Origin: an uncultured Gemmatimonadales bacterium | GTDB taxonomy: Bacteria > Gemmatimonadota > Gemmatimonadetes > Gemmatimonadales > Gemmatimonadaceae | NCBI GenBank assembly: GCA_963851265.1 | Contig: CAWKNZ010000007.1 | Span: forward strand, 64,001 to 128,000 | Direction of reading: 5' to 3' | DNA length: 64,000 nt | Part shown: positions 56,501 through 64,000 of the stretch, one piece after another | How the letters are laid out: the number at the start of each line of letters is the position of its first letter | Position numbering within the stretch: position 1 is the first letter of the stretch | Position numbers and translations under genes: made by a program | The notes under the pieces: generated by a model | Seen by the model: the letters and a program-made list of their open reading frames with translations, nothing else | Database searches by the model: none | Told to the model about the DNA's origin: nothing

Positions 56501-57953
56501 CCGCCAACTTCAGGAGAGTGTCGGCGACCCGTCTGCCGGACTGCCCGTCGAGCGTGTCACCGAACATCCGGTGCACGAAGGCGCGGCGGCGTTCGGCACC
56601 GGCGTCCGGGTGATGCAACGCCGCCGCCAACAGCGTGCGCATTTCGTCGCGCGTGCGTGCGAGCTGAACCGCACCCTCGGCGACGAGCGGCGCGTAGTGG
56701 TCGTACTCGTAGTACCGCGCGTAAGGCACGCGCACCGGCCCGTAGCCCGGCGGATCGTACGCGACGTTGATCACCGGCTTGTCGAACATTCCCAACTCGA
56801 GCGACACCGTGGAGGCCACGTTGATGCCGACCGCCGTATGGAGCAACGTGTTGGTCAGCAGCCGTGTGTCGGCTTCGGTGGGGGTGAGGAACGCGTCGAC
56901 CCACCGTGCCGGTGGGGACAGGATGTCTCGTCGCCGCCCGAGCAGCTCGTCGAATCGCCCGGTGCGGTCCTTGGGGTAGACGCGGACGAGCAGCTGCGGC
57001 GGTCCCAGCTCGGGCATCGCGCCTAGCAGGTCCGCGATCTGCTCGACTACTCGCGGCTCCCCAGGCATGTGCTCGGGCATCCCCGTCGAGTAGAGGACGA
57101 TCGGGCGCGCGGGATCGGCGCCGACGCGTGCGCAGTAGTCCTCGCGCGTCCAGTGAGCGCCCGGACGGAAATGCAGGTCAAACTGCGGGGTTCCGGTGAC
57201 GTGCACGCGGTCGGGTTCCGCGCCGGGGTAAATCGCGAGCAGCTGTCGACGAATCTCCGCATTCCATACGAGGTAGTGGTCGTACTCCGGGATACATCGG
57301 CCCTGTGACGTGAGATTGTCCCACGAAAACACGAATGCCGCTGTCGGCACGCCGAGCCATCGCGCGGCCTGCACGGCGTGGATGGCATTGCTGCTGTGCA
57401 CGTGCGAGCCGTTGAACACCAGCGTCGGGCGCAGCGTGCGGTACAGGTCGTGGTAGTGGCCGCTCGGACAGAGTGCCCGGCTCGTCGCGCGCTCGAGCCG
57501 GGCTAGCGCGCGTACGCCTCGCGGACTGGCGAACGGCGTGCACGCGGCTTTGCGCCCCGCACGTTTGAGCCGCTTTACGAGCGTATTCGCCTCGACGTCG
57601 CGCAACCGCCAGCGTTCCTGCGCCGCCGCTGACCAGAGCGTCCGCCCATGGGCCATGTCCAGCACGTCGCGCAGAAACCGCGCAGGCCACCGGTCGCGTG
57701 GGCTCCGGAGCGGCAGGACCCGCGGAAAACGGTGTGAGAGTTCCGCGAACGTCCCTTCGTCAGGCACGACCGTGAGCACCGTCAGGTCCGCCTGCGAGGC
57801 GATCCGGTCGAGCGCGCCGGTATGCACGAAGTTGCGGATCGCCTCGCCGCGCGGCAGGATTGCGACGATGTGCGCCCGGGTGATCGCTCGATCGCCCGGG
57901 GTGGCCGGGGTTGCTGGGATCGGCCGCAGCGGGCGCGTGGTCGCGGCGCTCAC
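56481..57953 (-). CDS. Uncharacterised GT-B-like protein (CDP-glycerol glycerophosphotransferase-like)
   Basis: SWDNLTS, GTPQFD, VRVYP, INVASTVSLE..FDKPVINVAYD. Confidence 0.65.
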   Translation of the reverse strand: MSAATTRPLRPIPATPATPGDRAITRAHIVAILPRGEAIRNFVHTGALDRIASQADLTVLTVVPDEGTFAELSHRFPRVLPLRSPRDRWPARFLRDVLDMAHGRTLWSAAAQERWRLRDVEANTLVKRLKRAGRKAACTPFASPRGVRALARLERATSRALCPSGHYHDLYRTLRPTLVFNGSHVHSSNAIHAVQAARWLGVPTAAFVFSWDNLTSQGRCIPEYDHYLVWNAEIRRQLLAIYPGAEPDRVHVTGTPQFDLHFRPGAHWTREDYCARVGADPARPIVLYSTGMPEHMPGEPRVVEQIADLLGAMPELGPPQLLVRVYPKDRTGRFDELLGRRRDILSPPARWVDAFLTPTEADTRLLTNTLLHTAVGINVASTVSLELGMFDKPVINVAYDPPGYGPVRVPYARYYEYDHYAPLVAEGAVQLARTRDEMRTLLAAALHHPDAGAERRRAFVHRMFGDTLDGQSGRRVADTLLKLAGASGDC

Positions 57954-59413
57954 GCCCGGCGCTCGCTTGCCGGCGTGCCGCCGGCCAACGCCTCGGCGAA
58001 GGAGGCGACCGCGTGCGCCATCCGCACGCCCGATTGTCCGTCCGCGTACTCGCACACGTGGTCAACGATCCACCGACGTCCGGCGCGGTCGCGTGACGGG
58101 TCCGCCAGATAGCCACGCACCGCGTCGAGCAGGTCCACCTCGTTCCGCACGAGCCACACGCCGCCCGACTCGGCCACCGGGGCGAAATGCGTCCAACAGT
58201 GGTTGATGTCGCGCACGAGCGCGTCGTCTGGCGCCCCCGGTCCGGGATCGTAGTCCAGGTTCACCACGGGGCGATCACACAGGGCCGCATCCACGGTGCA
58301 GGTCGACGAGAGGTTCACGACGACGTCGGCGTGTCGGAACGTGTTCACCCATTCCGCGATCGCCTCGGCGTCCTGCGAGCGCTCGGTCAAGGGCAGCCCG
58401 GCCGCGCTCGTGCGCTGCAGCCGAACCGCGGGGCCGAACGCGCCAAAGAGCGCCGCCATCTCCGCGTTGTCATGGATCGGGTGCGGGCGCACGAGCAGCT
58501 GTGCCGGGCCGAGCGCGCCGGACTGGATCGCGCGCGCGACGTGCCGGGCGCCGTGCGGCTCCCCGCGGAGGAAGTTAGGCGAGCCCACGGCGTAGACGAT
58601 CACCGGCCGCGACGGATCGAGCCCCTGCGACCGCCAGAACGCCTCCCGGGATCGCCAGAAGCGGGGTTGGGCGAAGACGTCGAACTGCGGGGCGCCGACA
58701 ACGTACACCGGCCGGGTACGCGCATGCGGGTAGTAGTCGAGTAACTGGCGCCGCATCTCGCTCGACCAGACCACGTAGCCGTCGTGGTCGAGGATCATCC
58801 GCTTCTTCGTCGAGAGATTGTCCCAGGACGGGATCAACGCGAGCACGGGGATGCCGAGTCGTTTCGCCGCCGCGACGACCGCGGGTTGCTCGAACTGAAA
58901 GGGTCCGGTGGCGAACACGACCGCTGGCCGGTCAGCGAGGAGCCGCGCGGTGGCCTCGGGCGATCTGTCGTAGGCGAGGAGCCACGCGTTCAGCGCGCGC
59001 TCGACGGCGTGTTCGATCGGCAGGACTGCGAGTGTCCGACCGGCCGCGTGCAGGGCACGCGCGATCCCCCGCACTGGCGTGGCGTGCCCGTGCCGTGCGA
59101 GACTGAGGCGGCTCGGCTGCCGATGGCGATGGTCCCAGATCGCCTCGTTGAGCCGGCGCGGGTAGTTGTGCCACACCTCTCGAAACGCGCGCGTGGCCGG
59201 AAACGGGCGTACGGTGGCGGGTTGTCCTGCCCACACCTCGCGTGCGCGCGGTTGCGCTGCGGACGTGGCCCACACGTCCACGTCTGCATGCCGTCGCAAC
59301 TCGGGCAAGAACCCGGTGTGCGCGAGCATGCGATCGACGAGGAGCGACGACGACAGCACGATGCACCGAAGCCGTCGGGGCTCGGGAATCGCGTGTGGCG
59401 TCGGGGACGGCAT
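57950..59413 (-). CDS. Uncharacterised GT-B-like protein, paralog of neighbour
   Basis: SWDNLST, GAPQFD, VRPHP, VNLSSTCTVD...DRPVVNLDYD. Confidence 0.65.
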   Translation of the reverse strand: MPSPTPHAIPEPRRLRCIVLSSSLLVDRMLAHTGFLPELRRHADVDVWATSAAQPRAREVWAGQPATVRPFPATRAFREVWHNYPRRLNEAIWDHRHRQPSRLSLARHGHATPVRGIARALHAAGRTLAVLPIEHAVERALNAWLLAYDRSPEATARLLADRPAVVFATGPFQFEQPAVVAAAKRLGIPVLALIPSWDNLSTKKRMILDHDGYVVWSSEMRRQLLDYYPHARTRPVYVVGAPQFDVFAQPRFWRSREAFWRSQGLDPSRPVIVYAVGSPNFLRGEPHGARHVARAIQSGALGPAQLLVRPHPIHDNAEMAALFGAFGPAVRLQRTSAAGLPLTERSQDAEAIAEWVNTFRHADVVVNLSSTCTVDAALCDRPVVNLDYDPGPGAPDDALVRDINHCWTHFAPVAESGGVWLVRNEVDLLDAVRGYLADPSRDRAGRRWIVDHVCEYADGQSGVRMAHAVASFAEALAGGTPASERRA

Positions 59414-59454
59414 CCGGCGTGGCAGCAAGCGTGTGGTAGCGACCGCGTGGCGGG

Positions 59455-60366
59455 TCAGCGCGTGCGAAGCGCGAAGCTGGTCATCGCATCCCCGTCCGGC
59501 ACCCGGAAGTCGGCCGGACGCACCATGAACTCCTGCGACTCGGACGCCTGCGAGGTGAACATGCACGTGTAAAGCAACCGATCACGTTCGCGGGCATGCC
59601 CACCCTTGTGATAGCCGTTCGTGTCGGCGAAAATGATCGTGCCCGCCGCGCCGGTGCCTAAGCGCCACTGGGTGTATGGCGCGAGCGCGTTCATCTGCTC
59701 GTCGGTCGTCCGCTTCACCTTGCCGCCTTCCAGCTCGAATGCCGGCTCGCCCTGCGTGGGGCCGAAGCGGTGCGTCCCACGCGCGTACGTGAATGGACCG
59801 GCGCCGGCATCTACATCGTTCAGGTAGACGAACACTTTGACGATGAGCATGTCCTCGCGGTCGCGATGCCATAGTTGCGATTCGCGCGGCTTCGCGTCGG
59901 CGGCGAACGTGTGCCACACGTTGTAGTAGCGTAGGCGCGAGAACATCCCGAGATAGCCGTTTGCCACCTCGAGAATCGCGCGCTGCAGCGCGAACCGAGC
60001 GAACGCGCTGGCCGGATCGAGCACGGGATTACGGCCGAGATACTCGAGCATGAACGTTTTCTCGCCGATCGTATCGTCGCCCAACGCACGCGCGCGCGCG
60101 GCAGCGATGTCGACCGCGCGCGCATCCGCCACCGCGGCGACGGCGCCGCGCAGCGCCGCGAGCGGCGCGGCGTCGCCGAAGAGTGCGTCCGCCGTGGTCA
60201 CCGCGATCCCGTCACGGCGAAGTTCGCCGAGAACGCGGCCGGCCTCGCCCGCAGGATCCTGCCGGTGCAGGCGGTACGACACACTGGGGCCGAGGTTGAA
60301 GCCATAGCGCCACGCGAACTCGTTCTTGCGCGAACGTCGGGCGAGGCGGCGGATCGTGGAGAGCAT
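59455..60366 (-). CDS. 2OG-Fe(II) dioxygenase, PhyH-like
   Basis: SQLWHRD (HxD), KVFVYLNDV...GPF, DTNGYHKG (distal His), later Arg. Confidence 0.82.
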   Translation of the reverse strand: MLSTIRRLARRSRKNEFAWRYGFNLGPSVSYRLHRQDPAGEAGRVLGELRRDGIAVTTADALFGDAAPLAALRGAVAAVADARAVDIAAARARALGDDTIGEKTFMLEYLGRNPVLDPASAFARFALQRAILEVANGYLGMFSRLRYYNVWHTFAADAKPRESQLWHRDREDMLIVKVFVYLNDVDAGAGPFTYARGTHRFGPTQGEPAFELEGGKVKRTTDEQMNALAPYTQWRLGTGAAGTIIFADTNGYHKGGHARERDRLLYTCMFTSQASESQEFMVRPADFRVPDGDAMTSFALRTR

Positions 60367-60447
60367 GAAAGTCTCCTGCGGTGGGCGGGACGGGACGTAC
60401 GACGGGTGCTTCGGTCGGCGACTGGAAGCGGCGCGCGCCGTGGTGTA

Positions 60448-61344
60448 TCAGGGCGGGCGGGCGCGGTGCGGAGCATGCCGGCCCCGCCTGGTCGCCCGTG
60501 CACGGAGCACGACGGCCGCGGCCTCCCGGCGCGTCATCGACAGCGCGTGGCGGGCGGTGCCGGCGAGGACGCCACGCACGGCGACCAGCACCGTTCCGGC
60601 GACGCCGCGGCGGAGTAGGCCTAACGGTACGCCTGTCGCGTCGTACACCGCCAGAAGTTCCCCGTAGTTCTTACGCACGGCTGCTTCGCCGGAAACGCGC
60701 TTGAGGTACAGGTAGAACGCGGGACACGGGGACACGATCACGTGGCCGGCCTCGAGCACCGCCGCCGCCCACAGTTTGTCTTCCGCGGCGGCCACCTGCT
60801 CGTCGAACGGCACGCGTTCCCACACCGAGCGCCGGATCGCGCATCCGCTCGCCAGCGGTCCGAGCGAGACTACCGTGTCGACATCAACGACGCCCTGCAG
60901 TCGACGCGGCGTGATCCAACGCTCCATGTCGAAGCGTTTGTCGACGCGCACGCAGCGAACCGCTGCCACCTCCGGGGCGTCGAACGCGCGCGCGCATTCG
61001 GCGAGGAACCACGGGCCGAGTGGCATCGCGTGCGCGCTCAAAATGACGCAGATCTCGGCCGTCGCTTCGGCAAGGCCGACGTTGAGCGCCCGCCCGTAGG
61101 TGAACGCGCCGCGCGCGATCGACACGACGCGCGCGCCGTACTCGGACGCGAGCGCGACGCTGGCATCCGTTGACGCGTTGTCGACGAGGATGATCTCCGC
61201 GGCGACGCCGCGTTGTGCGCGCAACGCGGCGAGCACGAGCGCCAGGTACTCCGCTTCGTTCCGATTGCGCACGATCACCGAGACCGCCGGTCGGTGCTCC
61301 GCATCGCGCGCACGGTCGGTGCCGCTTTCGGGGCGCGCCGTCAT
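60448..61344 (-). CDS. GT2 glycosyltransferase (rhamnosyltransferase-like)
   Basis: SVIVRNRNE, VDNASTD, FTYGRALN, LSAH, PFDE..AAED. Confidence 0.88.
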   Translation of the reverse strand: MTARPESGTDRARDAEHRPAVSVIVRNRNEAEYLALVLAALRAQRGVAAEIILVDNASTDASVALASEYGARVVSIARGAFTYGRALNVGLAEATAEICVILSAHAMPLGPWFLAECARAFDAPEVAAVRCVRVDKRFDMERWITPRRLQGVVDVDTVVSLGPLASGCAIRRSVWERVPFDEQVAAAEDKLWAAAVLEAGHVIVSPCPAFYLYLKRVSGEAAVRKNYGELLAVYDATGVPLGLLRRGVAGTVLVAVRGVLAGTARHALSMTRREAAAVVLRARATRRGRHAPHRARPP

Positions 61345-62606
61345 CCGACCCCCGCTACGGCCGGCACCGACGAGCCGCTCCCGAGAGGCGTTCCTACGAT
61401 CCATCGGCATTCGGGGGCCAGGTAAGCCTTCCCGTGCTGGCCGTTCCATCCGAGCACGTCGATCAGGCGGTGCTCCGACGTGTAGCGAACGTCGCGCCCA
61501 TCGTGTGTGCGTCCGAGCAGCTTGAGGTGGACGTTGTACAACCCCGGCGCAAGCCAGAGCGGCGGGACTTGGACGGCGACGTCGTAGCGTCCCGTCGCGA
61601 GCGGGAGCGAGGCCACGTCGCCGATCTCCACGCGATGATGAACTGCCATCGTCCCGGATGCGTCGTGGATGATGCAGAACAGTCGCCCGTCGGTCATCGT
61701 CGTGGGCACGGTGAGCGTCGACGTCAGCGCGATCGGTGCGCCCGACGCCACCCGCCAGTGTTCGACCGATTCATCGGCTTCGGGGCGGATGGCCGTCCAT
61801 CCCGCGCCAGCGCCGCCCTCGCGCACCGAGTCCCCGAGCACGGCTGCCGTGTAGTGTGCCACGCCGTCGACGACATCGCCGCGGAAGGTGACGCGTCCGT
61901 GCTGCAACACGACGGCGGTCTGACACAGTTCTTTCACCGCGCCCAGATTGTGGCTGACGAAAACGACGGTCCGTCCCTCGGCAGCCACGTGTTCCATCTT
62001 GCCCAGACATTTGCGTTGGAAGCGCATGTCCCCGACGGCGAGGACCTCGTCGATGAGCAGGATCTCCGGTTGCAGATGCGCCGCGACGGCAAACGCCAGC
62101 CGGAGGTGCATCCCGCTCGAGTAATGCTTCACCGCGAGATCGATGAACCGCTCGACCTCGGCGAAAGCGACGATCTCGTCGAACTTGCGGCGGATCTCGT
62201 CGCGGCGCATGCCGAGGATGGCCCCGCTGAGGAACACGTTCTCGCGGCCGCTCAACTCGAGGTGGAAGCCGGTGCCAACTTCGAGCAACGAACCCACGCG
62301 TCCGCGCGTCACGGCGAATCCACAACTCGGCTCCGTGATGCGCGCGAGGATTTTCAGCAGCGTGCTCTTGCCCGCGCCGTTGTGGCCGATGAGCCCGACG
62401 ACCTCGCCGGCGCGGACTTCGACATCGATGTCTTCGAGCGCCCAGAACTCCTCGCCGCAGCGCGCTGCGCGGTTCTCGCGCCAGGTGCGCAGCGGTGAGC
62501 GGACCGCGCGCGTGAGCGTCCGGCCGAGCAGGCCGTAGCGTTCCTGCGTATGGCCGAGGCGGAACGACTTGCCCAGGCCGGCGATCGTGATCGCGGCGTC
62601 GCTCAC
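61341..62606 (-). CDS. wzt: Polysaccharide ABC exporter ATPase with C-terminal domain (Wzt)
   Basis: FWAL, GHNGAGKST, LLEVGTGFH, YSSGM, ILLIDEVLAVGD, VSH. Confidence 0.93.
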   Translation of the reverse strand: MSDAAITIAGLGKSFRLGHTQERYGLLGRTLTRAVRSPLRTWRENRAARCGEEFWALEDIDVEVRAGEVVGLIGHNGAGKSTLLKILARITEPSCGFAVTRGRVGSLLEVGTGFHLELSGRENVFLSGAILGMRRDEIRRKFDEIVAFAEVERFIDLAVKHYSSGMHLRLAFAVAAHLQPEILLIDEVLAVGDMRFQRKCLGKMEHVAAEGRTVVFVSHNLGAVKELCQTAVVLQHGRVTFRGDVVDGVAHYTAAVLGDSVREGGAGAGWTAIRPEADESVEHWRVASGAPIALTSTLTVPTTMTDGRLFCIIHDASGTMAVHHRVEIGDVASLPLATGRYDVAVQVPPLWLAPGLYNVHLKLLGRTHDGRDVRYTSEHRLIDVLGWNGQHGKAYLAPECRWIVGTPLGSGSSVPAVAGVG

Positions 62607-64000
62607 GTGCGGGCGCCGGCGTGGAGCCGGGCGAGTCCGAGGCTCACCCACTGCCACACGAACACGCTGTTGTCGCACGCGCCCGCCACGTACCGCGCCC
62701 ACTCGGCACGTACCGCGTCGGCGTCGAGCCAAGCGCCGCTCGATCCACCGATCGCGCATTCGATACAGTCGTGCGCCCACGCGCGGAGCGGTCCGCGCAA
62801 CCACTCGCGTTGCGGCGTCTGCAGCGCGCGCTTGGGCGCGTCCGCCACCGCCGCAGGCGCGATCTTCCGGGTGAGCTGCCGGAGCGTCCACTTCCCCACG
62901 CCGTCGCGGATCTTGTGGCCTGCGGGTTGCCGAAGCGCCAGTTCGACGAGCCGGTGATCCAGAAACGGCTCCCGCAGTTCCGTCGACGCGCGCATCGAGA
63001 CACGGTCGTTGTACCGCAGCGCGCGCGGGAGCTTCGCGTGTCGCACGTCGCGGTACTGCAGGTCACGCAGGACGTCATCGAACGGACGGGGTGGTACAAA
63101 CGGGACCGCGAGCGCCCGGAACTCCGGCGTCAGGCATCCGGGGCGTGTCGTCGACTGCGTCGTACCTTGAACGAATGTGGCGGCTTCGCGGCCGCCGGCC
63201 GGCGTGCGGTCGTTCGCCGCCCGATAGTAGTCGTACCCGGCCCACTGTTCATCCATGCCCTGCCCGTCGAGGAGCACGGTCGCGCCACGCTCGCGCGCTG
63301 CCTCGAAGAGCCGCGCGTAGGCGAGTGTCGGAATTCCGCCGTACGGCTCGAGCGTGTGCGCCCACACCGACTCGGCGAGCGCCGGGACATCGGCGGAGAG
63401 AAGCCGACAGACCACGTGCGGATGGCGCGTGTGCGCGATCAGTTGCTCGGCCCACGGCAGCTCGTCGTAGCGGGCGTCGTTCGTAACGAACGTGAATGCG
63501 GTGACCGCCCCCGCGTCGACCAGGTCGTCCTGCTCGAGCCGCGCGATGAGCGCGAGCAACGCCGAGCTGTCGACCCCACCGCTGACGTTGACCCCGACCG
63601 GGACGTCGCTGCGGAACCGCCACCGGATGCTCGAATCGAGCAAAGTGAGATACTCCGCCGCAACCACGTCCTGCGACCTCCCGTCCAGCGCCGTGCCGAC
63701 GCGGTCGGCCACGTCGTACCAGCACTGGGTGCGACACCGGCCGTCCTTCCACGACAGCACGTGGCCGGGCGGAAGCGCCCAAACGCCGGTCCAGAACGTT
63801 CGGGCGGAGACGTCGTGCGCACCAGTGGCCAGATACGTCGCCCAAGTCGCGACGTCCGGCTCGCTCGGCACGCCGCCGGCGAAGAGCGCACCGATCTCGC
63901 TCGCCACGGCGAGGCCGCCGTCCGTACGCTGATGATAGTACAGCGGCTTGACGCCGAATCGATCGCGGACACCAGTTAGGCGCTGCTCGTGCGCGTCCCA
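62603..64000 (-). CDS. asnB: Second asparagine synthase-like amidotransferase (5'-truncated by window)
   Basis: RDRFGVKPLYY, SDVPVG..VSGGVDS, DGQGMDE, DRVSM..S.ELREPFLD; frame open to 64000. Confidence 0.92.
   Translation of the reverse strand, partial: WDAHEQRLTGVRDRFGVKPLYYHQRTDGGLAVASEIGALFAGGVPSEPDVATWATYLATGAHDVSARTFWTGVWALPPGHVLSWKDGRCRTQCWYDVADRVGTALDGRSQDVVAAEYLTLLDSSIRWRFRSDVPVGVNVSGGVDSSALLALIARLEQDDLVDAGAVTAFTFVTNDARYDELPWAEQLIAHTRHPHVVCRLLSADVPALAESVWAHTLEPYGGIPTLAYARLFEAARERGATVLLDGQGMDEQWAGYDYYRAANDRTPAGGREAATFVQGTTQSTTRPGCLTPEFRALAVPFVPPRPFDDVLRDLQYRDVRHAKLPRALRYNDRVSMRASTELREPFLDHRLVELALRQPAGHKIRDGVGKWTLRQLTRKIAPAAVADAPKRALQTPQREWLRGPLRAWAHDCIECAIGGSSGAWLDADAVRAEWARYVAGACDNSVFVWQWVSLGLARLHAGART

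Noticed and set aside
1..64000. CRISPR arrays, tRNA or rRNA genes, prophage or anti-phage defence genes
   Set aside because: No spaced direct repeats, RNA-gene signatures or relevant protein motifs were seen by eye

Overview
High-GC bacterial DNA, probably Gemmatimonadota-like (inferred from gene content only). Positions 1-5444 hold the 3' part of ppc and a peroxide-defence cluster, with osmC and a monofunctional catalase divergent from oxyR. Positions 5450-6530 are an IS scar: a decayed IS5/IS4-type transposase and an ISL3 fragment. Positions 6707-8317 encode an unusual degenerate Ser/Thr-kinase-like, transmembrane, TonB-C fusion protein. From 8685 to the window end lies a >55 kb surface-polysaccharide locus. 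It has export and polymerisation genes (wzc, wzx, wzy-like, wzt), an initiation set (CapD/PglF, DegT, phosphoglycosyl transferase), about 15 glycosyltransferases and a CDP-deoxysugar pathway (rfbF, rfbG, His-type dehydratase, C-methyltransferase). Tailoring genes include two AsnB-type amidotransferases, a CapK-like ligase, a 2OG-Fe dioxygenase and methyltransferases. It also holds an Arn-like lipid-carrier module, an orphan MsrQ-like protein and a beta-helix lipoprotein. A G(T/G)AA-N18-GTTA motif (minus strand) recurs in four intergenic regions, and several intergenic regions are rich in hairpins. Start codons were picked by eye and product calls rest on motif recognition, not database searches.
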